DNA of 64,000 bases from Octopus sinensis (GCF_006345805.1 NW_021834470.1:1-64000), one strand, 5' to 3'. Positions 35,947 to 50,135 are shown, counted from the first letter of the stretch. Notes: generated by a model not told the origin, from the letters alone. Made by a program: numbers and translations.

Positions 35947-38318
35947 ATAATAACTGAAGTAATATGTGAGGAAAACGAAGATCTAGTCAAAAGTTGCGAA
36001 TTTTATAATGGAATTGGCATAGAGGACAAAATAACCATATTAGAAACGTATGAAATGGTTGATATGATGGAAGATGAAGTATTATCTCCATGTCAACATT
36101 TGGAAGATGGGTTAAAATGGATTCATTCTCAAGATTCAATCATCCGATCTTACTACGATAACTACAACTATAACAATAAAATACTAAAGAATCAAAATAG
36201 TATGTGAAATAGAAAATTTTTTAATTGAAAAACCCTATTAATAGAGATTAATTAATTGATAAAGTGAAAACAATTTGCTTGTAAAATAAATTTTATCCAA
36301 GATATTTTACAGCAATCAATTTAATTAATCTTCAAACAATCAAAAAACCAAAAATATTGTAAAAATAAAACATTGATAGCAAGAAACGATCAAATAAAAA
36401 ATAAAAACATAAATGCACACACAGCATAAAAATATGACGTGCATAACACGTAAATAACTTATCTTATTTAATTTGATAATTAAAAATAATTAGAAAATAA
36501 TTAAATAACATTTAATATCGTCAGTCTATTTGACTTTAGCAAACAAAGTGAATTCAACCGGTTAACATTAATGAGACGTCCAGTGTACGAGCATACCAAC
36601 TCCTTTTTTGGCGATAAGGCCAATCAAAAGTTCAAAAATTATGTCACCTGTTTTCTGATCAAAGTCAGGATAAGTATTCTTCGGACCAGTCAATAAAAAT
36701 TGATTTAAACTTTTTTAATTTATCGGAGATAAACAAACTAGTCTTCTCAGCTTTATAAGATTTAAACGATTATTAAATTCCAGTTTCGGGAACATTGTTA
36801 AAAAAATATTATTTTAAAAATTACCCAAGGACTCGACTTAAACTCATTTAAAGCATCGAATATATGGTTGGACCGTTTTGAAAAAAGTATGAACTATAAT
36901 TCAAAACTATTCATGGAGAGGAAAAAAGTCGTCTGAATGGTCATTGCTCTTTTTTTGACCAGTATTATTATTATCTCGAACTTATGGACTTAAGAACGTG
37001 TTTAATTGTAACAAAATGGCACTGTATTTCAAACTTCTTTCATCGAAATCATTTGTTAGGTCTATAGTTATACATTTCGTGGAATCAAGAAAGTGAAAGT
37101 TAAAAATGGTTGTTTTATTTTGTTGTAATTTCGTGAATGAAAAAATGTTTCCTTTATTAATTGGGAAATATAAATTTCCAAGGTTTTTGAAAAATTTTAA
37201 TCTGGAAGATAATGAAGTTATTAATGCATCTTCAAAAAATTCATCAATTTTTTCATAATAGGCATTATGGATCTTTTGAAATCTTCAGCATAATGCTTTT
37301 TCAGTCATTAAAAAAGTCCATATTTACCCGCTATAAAGGATGAGAAGCTCGCAACAGATTTTTTCCTGCATTAGTATTTTTATTTGATTTACTATGTGGT
37401 TAACTTGTAATTAGGATATGAATAATACTGCAAAAAAATGATGAGAAAGAAATGAAATCTACATAGAATACACTTTAAACAATTTTATTATTATATAGAT
37501 ATCTATTTTGTAATCACTGAATTTAAGCATGATAAGTTGCAACATGCTTTAAAGAAAACTACACAACAATCTTTGTAAACCGATGACGACAGACCATGTT
37601 TGAATAAGAGTCAAAAATAAGAGAGCGTGGGTATAGACGAGGATGACTCTAAGCATGCGAAACCATTCTAAGGGGGATGCAAATGAGCTTTTAAGTAACT
37701 AATTAAATTTTTAATCTACTTACTATTTTTGTGAGTTTTTCGAGCAGAGGTTTCTGAAGTAATTAGACATTATCCTTTCTGACAATCGAAATGATGCTGG
37801 AGACTAAGCCACCAATCACTCCAATAATATCGGGATATTTTTAGTATTTATTTTAAGTATTAAATTTTAGATTCTAGTTGTTATCGACTCAATTTTAAGT
37901 TGCATTGGTTAAAGTTGCAACTTCTAAAAACTCCGAAGTCTTACTTATAATTAATTCCGATAATGGAAAAAAGTTTAAAACTCAAAATAGTTAAGTTTTG
38001 TGGTAGAGTTGAATGAATTTTTCTGTTTCCGTTAATGACATCATGGAAACATGCTTTCAATACTAATGGCCTATCCATAAAGCCGTTCTACAAGAGGCCT
38101 TTTGAGGCAGAGCACGTACGGTACAGCTACTGATTATAAATGCCGGATTGTTATTAGAACATTAAGACGAACTAGACAGGCTTAGAAAAAATTGCAATCT
38201 CAAGAAAAACGTAAAGCTATCTAACAAACAAAATCCTCAAGTATCTAGCACAATCGACGAGAAGATTATGACTTTTTTGTCGCGGATGTGCTATTAATAA
38301 TAATCAGTCAATTATAAG

Positions 38319-39050
38319 AACATTGGAATAAATGAGATTATATAATAAATTGCGTAATTTATTATGCAAATTGCGGAGGTTGCTAGATCTGAGATATGGG
38401 GGTACTTGAGAATATAATGAATTGCCTAATATACTATACAATTTGGAACGAGCTTAAGATGTGAGGACATGAGAGTACTTCAGATTTTGTAATGAATTGA
38501 GTAATATATTATACAAATGGGAGAGGTCCCTAGATTTGACAAAAGGGGGTACTTGAGATTATATAATGAATTGCTTAATATATTATGCAATTTAGAATCG
38601 TTCGTAGATTTGAGGACATTGGAGTACTTGAGATTATATAATGAATTGCTTAATATATTATGAAATTGGCGGAGGTCTCTAGATTTGAGGACATTGGGGT
38701 ACTTGAGATTTTATAATGAATTGCGTAATATATTATGCAATTTACGGTGGTTTCTAGTTTTGAAGACATTGGAGTACTTGAGATTTTATAATGAATTGCT
38801 TAATATATTATGCAATTTAGAATCGACTGTAGATTTGAGGACAAGCGAGTACTTGAGATTATATAATGAATTGCTTAATAAATTATGCAATTGGAGGAGG
38901 TCTCTAGATTTGAGGACATGGGAATACTTGAAATTATATAATGAATTGTGTAATATATTATCCAATTTAAAAAGGTCCCTACATGTGAGGATATGGGATA
39001 ACTTGAGATTATGTAATAAATTGTCTAATTTTATATAATCTGGGAGTACT
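38319..39050 (+). repeat. 75-nt tandem array (right arm), LRR-like frame
   Basis: Nine 75-nt units; ORF 38685-39038 spans about 4.7 units; one TGA in unit 5 is shared by both arms. Confidence 0.85.
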
Positions 39051-39304
39051 TGTCTAATTGTCTAAATTTAAAAGAAAAAATGCTATTATTGAATACTGCA
39101 AAAAACAAACATGTAAAATATACAACAGTTTCCGAAATATTTTTTTTGCTAGTCAAAAAGAAAATCAACCGTTGATTTATTAAAAATTATCTTAATAATA
39201 AAGCAGAACTAAAAAAGCTTTTGCTTTAAATGGAAATTTGAATTTTATATCACCAAATATGAAATTTAAAACTATTGACTCTAAGTTAAAGGAATTAGTC
39301 GATG

Positions 39305-39945
39305 ATTGAAGCTTTAATAATGACACAATCTTCAAGGAAAAACCAAACTATTAACTACCTCTCATTTATGGACGATATAAAGCTGTTTTTGCATCATAAT
39401 GACGTAATGGAAATGATGATAGGAAAAGTAAAATTGTTTTATGACCCATCTGGGTTGGAAAGAAACGCTGAAAAATTTGCGACGAATGTCAAGTCTTTGT
39501 CTATGAAAGCTTGCTTACTCGATGGGTTGGATGGATACCGATCTCTGAGGGTTCTCAAAGATAAAATAGCAACGTTCTAAAAATAATGTTATGGGGAAAA
39601 TCTATGAAGAAGCATCGAAGAGAATTAAAAACTTGATCCAAACTTAATTAAACTCAGTAAACTTGTCCAAGAATATAAACGAACACGCTTTCCCTTTATA
39701 ACTATTACATTGGACCGATTGATATTGAGTCCGGAAAGTTTGAGGACATTGATAGAAATATTTGTCGAATTCTTATGGACTGCCATATCCACTTGAAACC
39801 GGCAAACAAAAAAAGACTATCTTGCAAGAAAGGAATTTGGGAGAGACCGAAAGTCAGTTAATATAAAGCAGAGAGTATGCTTCTTCAATTTTATGGTGAT
39901 TTGAAATATAAGGAGAACTACTGCGTAGGAAGAGCAAGAATTCTG
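39305..39945 (+). mobile_element. Decayed R4-like RT fragment (right arm)
   Basis: Mirror of 25830-26470. Confidence 0.75.
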
Positions 39946-40084
39946 TCATTAATCTAAGAAAACACATATGGCGAGAATTTTTATCACGAGAATACAATAA
40001 AAATGTAAATGAATTAACAATATCTGATATGGTACAAATTCAACGTGAATATTTAATAAAAAAATCGAAAAGAAGAAGTTGATG

Positions 40085-40490
40085 TTAATGAAGCCTGCGG
40101 CAGGAGCCTTGCTAGCCCCAGAGTGTTTAAGAATCGGAATCTCTTTTCGAGTTGGCTTGGACATTTGCCAGCCTCACCAATGCCGTACAAGAGCAGAAAA
40201 GCGATCGTCTGTGACACGATGCTCTGACACTTTTGCGTCATCATGCCTTTTTGCGTCCTCGATCAAAGCCGTCAGAGCGGCGACAAAAGCAAAGGTTCGC
40301 AAAACCTAGAAATACGGATTCCTCTCTGACAAATTCATCTTCAAACCAGGCACGCTAGGATCATCAACTCTTCGTTTCCTCACCGAGAGAGGTCGCAACC
40401 TTGGAAGAATTAGAAACGACTTCCGCGAGCTCAATCGGCTCTTTGAAAATGTCTCAATTGCTGTTCTTGGGGAAAATTTCTCTCTGTGGG
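40085..40490 (+). mobile_element. Decayed CRE-like fragment (right arm)
   Basis: Mirror of 25285-25690. Confidence 0.7.
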
Positions 40491-40563
40491 TAGTCCCTGA
40501 TTGCCTTTTGTTTCATTGACAAAATTATTTTCATGTGGTATTCTTGTTAAATAAATTTAAATA

Positions 40564-41650
40564 CAGTAAAGTCTCTCGAATCCGCCATACCCTCGAATCC
40601 GCCAATTATAACTAAATTCTCTTATCCGCCATTTTCTTAGAAAAAAATTCTCTTATCCGCAATATAACAATCAAAAAATTGAGATTTTGAAGTTTATTAA
40701 AACAAAATGAATGAATTATCTTCACTAAAATTTCTAAGATTTAAAAAAAATACAACTTGCTGTTTCTCGTTTCTCGCCGATCTATTGATGAGCTTAAAAG
40801 TAAAAGAGGATCTAACATTATGTTTCATAACCTAAGATCTGAAATTTCCTGCAAACAATATTTAAAGTTTGCTGAAATTGATAATAATACTATTGCTTGG
40901 ATCAATTCAATGGATCATAAAGGAGCCATTTTAAATGATAGGATTATTACTGAGAAAGAAAAAGCCTTTTCATTGAATCTCAGGATTACTGAATTCAAAG
41001 GAAGCAAAGGGTGGCTTGTTAAATTTAAAAAGAGGAATGATTTGAAGTTACGTAATATGGATAGAGAATCTGAAATTCCAAATTTTGACCCTAATTTAGT
41101 ATCAGATTTCATTGAATTAATCACAAATAAAATCAGTCTTTACGGAGCTCAAAATGTTTATAATGCCAATGAAACTGGCTTATTTTACAAAATAATACCG
41201 TCTTAGAGTGTTTGTAAAACCATTAAATCTGGCTATAAAGTCCTGAAAGAGAGTTTCAGTCATGTTATGTACAAATGTAGACGGTACAGATAAGAGATAC
41301 ACCCTTACTAATTGGGTTGTTTAAAAATCTAAGATGTTTCAAGAATTTTGATATTAAAAAATATGTTATATATTCAAATTCATAGAGAGCATGGATAGAT
41401 AGCAGAATTTTTAATCAATTCTATTAAAATAAAAAATGGAATTGCAAAAACAAGATAGAAAAATTTTACTTGTTGTAGATCAATCTCCTACACATAAAGA
41501 TGAAATTTACATTAGGTATTGATTGAATTTAAACAAATTGAGATGTTATTTCTACCACCTAATAGAACATCTTTTTTACAGCCTATGGATCAGTGTATAA
41601 TTAAATCGTATAAATGCAAATTCAATTCTCTAAATTTTTCTAATATAATT
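40564..41650 (+). mobile_element. Tigger/pogo-like transposon (right arm)
   Basis: Mirror of 24130-25209. Confidence 0.85.
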
Positions 41651-41794
41651 TAAAAAATTGAAGCTGGGACAAACCTCTATGTTGCACACAAACAACTAAG
41701 CATAAAAGATTCAATATTATTCACATATTATGCTTGAAACAAAATAGAAAGTTCCTTAATTTTAAATTGTTTCAATTATGCAAAATGGACTCAA

Positions 41795-42364
41795 AACAAT
41801 GAAAATCCCTTAATTGAAAATTATGACCATATTCTGGAAGAAAACATATGACTCAGTTGATCATGATTTTTTGTTTCACGTTTTGGATTGTTCTGGAATC
41901 CTGCATGGGCAGTAAAGCTGCATATTGACAGTAGAAAAATTGGATCAGTGAAGTTAAATCGAGGAATTTTACAGGGAGACTCATTGTCTCCTTTACTATT
42001 TGTTATGGTATTAAATCCTTTAAGCAGAATCCTTAAGTCCGTGTTTCAAAAACTTGAAATTAACCAGGAAGATCCCAATATGTTAACATATTCTGCTAAT
42101 CATTTGCTATTTATTGACGATCTATTTCATGTTATAAATGAATATGCATTGTCACTATATAATTATTATATTGGGCTAATCAATATTGAACCTTCTGAAT
42201 TTGATGATATTGACAGACAAATACGGCAATTGCTTACGTCACTCAGTCATCATACATCTCAAACCTGCAAATAAAGAGAGACTGTATTTAAACCGGAAGG
42301 CTCTTGGAAGAGGGCTTTCATCAATTATTTTCAAAAGTGAACTAATCGTAATTAACGTTTTTGT
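41795..42364 (+). mobile_element. Internally deleted R4-like RT fragment (right arm)
   Basis: Mirror of 23420-23990. Confidence 0.85.
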
Positions 42365-42396
42365 ATTGTTTTGATTTTTGTTAATATTCTTTTACG

Positions 42397-43810
42397 TTGT
42401 GTCTTCAGTTCCCTTTTCCTATTTGCTGTCAATGTTTTGAATTTGGACCAATCGAGCTGGCCGAAGTGATCACACACATACTGAACAAAGCAATTAAAGA
42501 AAACGGAAACTTAGATATTGGAAAAGGATTGCTAATTCCACTACCAAAACCCGGGAAACCGAGAGGACCTCCTGGCAACCTGAGGCCGATTATTCTGCTA
42601 TCGACATTGAGAAAGACATTATCGCTAATTATACTGACCCGAATCAAAGACCGAGTAAACAGTTTTCTATCCCATGGACAAAATGGATTCAGGGAGGGAA
42701 GATCAACAGCTGATGTAATTTGGACATACAGATGGACTGGTGCCCTGTGCTAAAAATATAAAAGTGTATTGAAATTTTTGGGGTAAACATGACTCGGGCC
42801 TTCGACTCCGTTCACAGAGGGCTCCTTATGGAAGTATTAAAGAGCTGCCTCCATTCAGAAGAAACAAGAATGATAAATCTTCTCCTAGTGAACACCCCAA
42901 CTCGCCGTTAAAGTCGGAAAGACGACATCAAGATAATTCGAAACAACACGGGTGTTCCACAAGGAGACTCGCTATCTTCCGTGCTTTTTTGTGTATCTTG
43001 AGGCCGCTCTGAGGGACTTTAAATCAGTTATAAAAAATGATTATTAAGAGACATCCAACGCAGACGACATGGACTTTGAGTCGGACGACAGAGAAATTCT
43101 CAAATATATATAATATGCTCCCGAAAAAATTCGAAAATGGTTTCTCACTGTGAACACTGAAAAAACCGAATATATATCCTTAAGCCGATCGGAAAGACGC
43201 ATTGATGAATCATGGAGAAGGCACAAAAAGTTGGGAACGCTCCTGGGAGACACAGAGGATGTTACCCGAAGGAAATCCTTTCAAATGGAGCCTTTAGAAA
43301 GCTTATGTCTCTATGGGGAACTAAAAAGAAGCTAACTGGAAAAACGAAAATAAGGATATACAACTCGTTTGTATTGCCAATCCTTACCTACCACTGTGGA
43401 ACCTGGGGACCTACAAAATTGGAAAATCAGAAACTAGACAATTTCCATAGATCTCAATTACGCGCAGCACTCAACATCCGCTATCCGCAGAAGATCACAA
43501 ACGACAACCTATACAAATTATGCAACTCAAAAATTCTTTCGATCGAAATCCTGAAATCACGATGGAGGCTATTTGGCCACATTCTGCAGATGGACGTCGC
43601 CTCTCCTGCTAACATTGCTATGGAAACATATTTCATGCAATGCGGAGACGCATTCCGAGGAAGACCAAGGACACACTTCCATAGGTGCTAAATCAGGATC
43701 TCAAAATTATTGGGAGGAAACTCGAAACTGCTGATGATCTCGACAACCTGAGAGAATTGCAAAGAGGAGAGGAACCTGGAGAAGGTTGTGTAACAGTATT
43801 GTTGTTCACG
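42397..43810 (+). mobile_element. RTE-like LINE (right arm)
   Basis: Mirror of 21965-23387. Confidence 0.85.
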
Positions 43811-43849
43811 CGGCACAAGGAAAACTTAATTAGTTTTTATGACTTCTCG

Positions 43850-44960
43850 GGAGTGCTTTTAATAATAATATGCTTAGGGAGTGCGGGGATTCTGCGTGTA
43901 ATTAAAATGAATAAATGGCATTTGGCTATGATCGCAGGATTTCTATCCTCTAAATATGCAATTATTGATAAGAAGAGTATTACTATTGAGTATTTAGAGT
44001 TCAGTCAGATACAATATTTACAAAGAAAATTAGTTCTAAAGTACTACACTCTGTGCTCTTCAAATGTATGGATGAACCTAATGTTGATTTACCTGCATCC
44101 TCATACTGGCTATCTATAGAAATAATGGGCCACGAAACGAAGCATTGTATTGTCTTTTGAAAGATCGAAACTTGTTCTTTGCATCCGCTGGCTCATTATG
44201 CAATCATTGTAAGAAAAGCAAAAAAACTGTTGATCACTTGGCTACTCAGTGTGGTAAAATGCTCACAGTGATTATCTCTCGAGACACAATGAAGTTGTGA
44301 AGTGTGTCCACCTTAACTTGTGCCGAATGTATGGACTTAAAAAGCAAGAAGATTGAAGGGACATTCTGTTCAGTCAACACTGTTGACGGGAAAAGTTGAA
44401 ATCAGGATTGATACAACAATCCTCACCAAAACAAAAGTAGAATACAACAAGCCAGATATTTTTGTCCACGACAAAATCAGAAACGAAATAAATCTAATTG
44501 TAGTGGGTATTACTTCACAGGATCGCCTCAAGCAAGTGAAAATTGAAAAGTGTCACAAGTATGATTACTGGCAAGTGAGCTTTCGCTTCTGTATAGTTGT
44601 CAAGTAAAAATAATTCCTGTGGTTATGACATGGGATGAAGTTGTCTTGAAATGCTTCAAAAATTATATGAAGAAACTATCTATTGAAGTAGGAATGGGGA
44701 CATACATCCAATCCGTTGTACTGAAAAGAACGCTCGAGATTATGATGATCGAACGCAAGCACGGAATGAAGGTATCTGGTGAAGAATACGCTTCTGCTTT
44801 CAACCGGTTTGTGGAGATGGCATGCAATGATGAAGACGACCCAATGAATGCTAAAGAAGATGCAATGGTCAAATCAGATGTGGTAATGGGTAGTAAGAGG
44901 CAGCTGGAAGTAGGCTCTTCTTCCAAGAGAAGGAGAGTGGATATCAGCGACCTGAAGTGA
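43850..44960 (+). mobile_element. R4/Dong-like 3' fragment (right arm)
   Basis: Mirror of 20819-21930. Confidence 0.85.
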
Positions 44961-45827
44961 GATCTGCTTCGTTTCTGATTAACTATTAATTTATTATTGT
45001 TCATGTCGTTAATAGGCTTTATAATTGATCCATTAGAAGAGAGTCTTTACATTGAGACTGTATAACGAAAGTGAAGAACTTGAATTAAATAATTTAGAAA
45101 AAATAGAATAAGAAATTGGCGAAAAATCGTCTGAACAAAGTCAGAAAGTTGTTACTATTAACGAGGGTTTAATCGCTTTAAAAATTAAAAGAGTTATATA
45201 ATCAAGAAGAATTCTTTAATATAGAAAATCTTGAGTATATTGAAGACATTAGAAATACGAGTTGATACAACAATTCCAACATTAAAAAAATAAAAAAAAA
45301 ACAAAAAAACAAAAAAAAAAATTCCAACAGAGTTGAACGATTTGTCACAAGATTCTTTCCGAAACATTCATTATTTTCTCGGCAACAAGTCTTTAATCAT
45401 CCCAAAAGCGTCGGAAATCAAATGCTTTTTTGAGAACAAAAGGATAGTACGGGACCACAAAATTGAGAAAAAATTTTAAAAACAATACATTCTGTATATG
45501 TCCATTAGTCTGAAAAGTACGAAAACATTCCTTTCGCAATCGTCAAAATTGACATTAAAATGACTTCAACTCGATACGACGTGATACACTTCTGGAGGAT
45601 TGCTTTAATCTACTACCCATCAGTGTATAGGTATTTCATAGCTCATATTGAAAACCATCCAGTCTGGTGCACGGCCAATATTACATTCCATCGTGTTCTG
45701 GATTCCAAAAGGGAACCCACTGCCTAACCCTAAACACCAATAAATGTGAGGTTATCAATTTAAAGATCAAAATAATATAAATTAATATAATTTAATTCAA
45801 AAAGAATCAAAATAAAAAGGATTTCGG

Positions 45828-46833
45828 GGATCCGTATTGCCTGCCTGTGCGCTGGGGCGGCCTTGGCTTGAGATCCTATTCCGATCTTGCCCTCCCCACA
45901 TTCCTATCCGCCCACTACGCTTCTCGTACTCTCTCAGACATCGTTCTTAGAAACCTCCCCGAACGGAAATTGTCTGAAGATTACTCTGCTGCCCGTGGTC
46001 GGTGGGAGGCTCGGTTTGGTTCGAAGCTGCCCAATTCTCAATCTGTACAGCGTCAATGGGACGAAATCTCTTGTCAGGCAATTTTCGAAGGCCTCCTTCC
46101 TGTCTCCAATCAACACCGTGTCGCTTGCCTCCGTGCAAGTAGCTGCGAAGGCAGCGGTGTCTGGTTAAAGGCTCTCCCTCTCCCTTCCATCGGGAACCTG
46201 GTGGACAAGGAATGCCTAAGAATTGCAATCTCCCTCCGTGTCGGGCTGAAAATCTGCCAGACTTACAAATGCCGTTGTGGGGGAACTGTTGACGAGTACG
46301 GTTTGCATCCCCTCGCTTGCCGGCGGAGTGCCGGTCGTGCCCCCCGTCACAGTGAACTCAACTCGATCATACAGAAAGCCCTCGCTTCAGCTGGCATCCC
46401 GTCAATCCTTGAACCTGTTGGATTGGATAGAGGGGATGGCAAACGCCCAGACGGCATGTCCACCTTCCCATACGAGCAGGGGAAATCCCTTATTTGGGAT
46501 TCTACCTGTTCGGACACGTTCTCGCTGGGAAATCTCGCTCTGTCCGCCGCCAATCCTGGGCACGCTTCGAGGCAGGCCGAGGAGCGAAAGATTCTCAAGT
46601 ACGGCCACCTCTCCAACTCGCTGTTCTTTACTCCAATTGCCGTGGAGTCCTCCGGGATCTTCGGCCCCAAGACACTCCGCTTCCTTCGCTCGCTCGGTCG
46701 ACGGATTTCAAGGACTAGCCACGATCCAAGAGAGTATTCTTGGCTCCTGGAACGTCTGTCGATTGCTGTGATCCGAGGGAACGGCTTCGCCATTCGCGAG
46801 GCTGGCCGGGTGTCTCGTGAGGCCTTTAATTAG
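45828..46833 (+). mobile_element. CRE-like 3' fragment with uninterrupted 328-codon frame (right arm)
   Basis: Mirror of 18940-19945; the frame is open from RWGGLGLRS to the stop. Confidence 0.9.
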
Positions 46834-46995
46834 CTTAGCTATCTTTTTACTTTTAGATATGGTTATTATATGATAAAAAAATCAAAATAATATAAATTTA
46901 ATTCAAAAAGTCAATATTAGTCGAGATTAATTAATTGATAAAATAAATACAAATTTACGTGCAAAATAAACTTTATTCAGGATATTTTAGCAGTA

Positions 46996-48424
46996 CAGTC
47001 CAACCTCGATTTGGAACAGACCTCGGGGCTAGAACACCTCAGTTTTTGGAACACTTTGTAGGATCTCTGCTTATAATAAATAATTCTTTTAAATGAAAAC
47101 CTCGATTTGGAACAAAATTTATTATTTATTTCTAGTCATTAAAAAAATTAATTAATTTGGATTTATCCTGGATTGAAATTAAATAAATAATTCCATTTTT
47201 CATCCTGGGGTCAATTCTCGTTATCGTTCCCCTGCCCGTGAGGCAACGAGTACTTCTGGCACGACACAGTTGGAAATGGGGATCTCTTACTTTCCTTCCG
47301 GTCTTAGCGTGGCGTTATGGGGTCCACCATGTCAGTTGGAAATTTCCATTCGGATATGCCAACGCTCAGGAGGCACTTAATGCCTACCGAAAAAGGACTT
47401 TTAGATCTCAGATCCTGGGACATCGTCGTCTCAGGCCGATCATGCGGGCAGGATCGAACCTTTCAGTAGGATCTCCCTCGTTTGGATCGGCGATCACGGG
47501 GATTATTATAATTAACTGGCTTACCCGTCTTTGGTCTTTAATAAATAAATAAATAAGATTAAAAAAAACTTCACGCTAAATCATTATGGGTCTCAGTTAC
47601 GAGAAAAAGGTTGAATTGCTCGACAACTAAAAAGTCATTCACACAGAGTACTTGCTCAAAAATATGAAACGAGCATTGGCACAATTGCTCGAATAAAAAA
47701 ACGATTACGCCGCAAATAACCTGTGGGAACATTATTCTAAATTTTCGGACTGAAACAAAAACTGACGATATTTTTAAAACATTGGATAGTAAAGTTCTCG
47801 ACGTTTTTCAACAATTACGGCTCCAACATATTCCAGTTTCAGGTCCTCTTATCAAAAAAATTGGTAATTTTACTTTTTCTCGCATTGTTTTAAGGTTTTA
47901 AATTAATTTACGCCAATCATTGATAATAGTATCGAAATCGTGGCAAAATGTATCCTCCGAAATAATTACAAATTGTTGGGATAATACTTTCGGCAATGAA
48001 ATATTTGTTGTTTCTGATAATCTGACGGATGATGTTACAGAACAAGTTGTAGACGAAGTGTTGGAAAATACGGAAAACAGCGATAATGAAGAAATTTTTT
48101 ACAGTGGTATGCAAAATAAACAGACTACGGTCAAAGAAGTAATAACAAAAGTGAATGAATTGGAAGAATCAGTTCTAGACATAGCTCCAATTTTGTTAAA
48201 TGATTTTTACTGTTTCAGACAAAATTTGTTCAGTAGTTTGAAGAAAAATTATGGTTATGGAAAAAGGATCGATGACTATTTTTCAATAAATAATAATATT
48301 TAAGACTTTTTTGCATTAATTAAATTATTAAATTTATATTGATATTAATTTTTTGACAAAACCTCAGTTTTTGGAAAAACCTCAGTTTTTGGAACACTTA
48401 GTGTTCCAATTCAAGGTCGGACTG
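46996..48424 (+). mobile_element. pogo-like element with nested GC-rich insert at 47198-47551 (right arm)
   Basis: Mirror of 17349-18777. Confidence 0.8.
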
Positions 48425-48504
48425 TAGTCAAATTAATTAACCATCAAACGAATAAAAAACGGAAAGATCAACAAATAAATAAATTATGTAAATTCTATCT
48501 TAAA

Positions 48505-49250
48505 TTATTTAAGAATCCAGATCGTCAGTGATTTCTTTTCTTCGCTTGGAAGAAGAGTTTGCAACAAAATTCTCATCATTTTCCATTTCTGCGTCAAAGT
48601 AATTGTTCAACTGAGTGTCCTTACGACATGCCAGCTCCGCAAGTTGATTGGCGGCAGAGGCGTACTCCTCGTTGTCTACCTTCATCCCATGTCTGTGTTC
48701 AATAAGCATACTCTCTAGAGTCCTCTTCAGCACAACCGACTGGATGTATGTCCTCGTTCCTTCTTCAATGGATAACTTGTCCATATGACTTTTAAAGAAC
48801 TTTGAGACAACTCCATCTCATGTCAAGACAATTGGAATAATCTTCACTTTTGCTTCATAGAGAACCGACAGTTCGTTTGCAAGCAGGTCATATTTGTGAA
48901 ATTTCTCCACTTCAACTTGCTTTAAACGGTCTTGCGAGGTAACTCCCACTTCGATTAAATGAATTTCTCTTTTCCTCTTGTCATAAACGAAGATTGACAC
49001 AACTGAATGTCCTTTCAATTTCCTGCTTCGTTTTATTCCATACATTCGACACAAGTGGAGATGAATACACTTTACCACTTCGTTGTGTCTTCGGAGATAA
49101 TCACTGTTTAGCATCCTACCACACCGCGTAGCTAAATGGTCAACAGTCTGCCTGCTTTTTTTGCAGTGGACGCATAGTGATCCCGTGTATGCAAAGAACA
49201 AATTCCTATCTTGCAAAAGACAGTACAATGCTTCGCTTCGTGGACCATTA
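48505..49250 (-). mobile_element. R4/Dong-like 3' fragment (right arm)
   Basis: Mirror of 16525-17270. Confidence 0.85.
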
Positions 49251-49462
49251 CCACCTTCCCATACGAGCAGGGGAAATCCCTTATTTGGGATTCTACCTGT
49301 TCGGACACGTTCTCGCTGGGAAATCTCGCTCTGTACGCAAAATAATAGAATAACATTGAAAACGGAAATATTATAAAAATAAAACATTGATTGTACAAAA
49401 TAATAGAATAACAATTAACAATTAACAACAGAAATAGAACAATTTAAAATGTTAAAATCCAA

Positions 49463-50135
49463 TCACTTTGTAATTAGAATAGATAAAATACATTCGGGTA
49501 TTTTAGTTTTTAAAGCATTCACAGTCAGACCGAGAGTATAAAGCGCGAAGATTGGACAATAAAAATCCCCGATGCTCGATTCAAATAGGAAATCGTCCAA
49601 GAACGAAAAGTTGATTGCAGATTCCACTCTCCGTACAATGTCTTCAATGGTAAAAACAAGCAGAAATGGTCTTAGGAGATCTCCTAGCACATCAGGCTGT
49701 AAAAGAACAATTTTTTTCAAAAACAAGCGAAATTGTAAAGTAATAGAAGAGATCTACTATATGGGCAATCTTAGAGGTTCTTGGAATGCAGGTCTGAATA
49801 ATTCGATCCCTCTTGACGCTGTTAAAAGCGTTTTTAAAACCGAATCTGACAGCGACCAGAGTAAAAACATGAGTTGAGTTGCAAGCTACATGTATTTGGT
49901 CCTGCAGTTTTAGGAATTCCCATTTTCAGAGCGAATTCATCACATTGTCACTAGCCTTTTTATCAAAGGAAAATGTTTGCAGAGAAAAAAATTACTGGCC
50001 AAGGGAGTGATGTCTCCTGTCCAATTTCAACTTACCAGACTAGTAATGGCCGAAAAAAGAGAGAGATTGAGATCCTTGACGTCTTTGAGTCGAAAAGCCC
50101 TAAATGCTCTTTCTAGATGAATAGATAGGTTCAAT
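49463..50135 (-). mobile_element. Decayed CRE-like RT core (right arm)
   Basis: Mirror of 15640-16312. Confidence 0.6.

Noticed and set aside
38319-39050. CRISPR-like repeat/spacer array
   Set aside because: The constant part is about 60 nt and the variable part only 15 nt. The variable parts are related to each other, there are no cas genes, and the context is eukaryotic.
47198-47551. RNase P or MRP RNA (ggaaattt and actggcttac motifs)
   Set aside because: The two motifs cannot form the P4 helix (no complementary aag-t-ccag).
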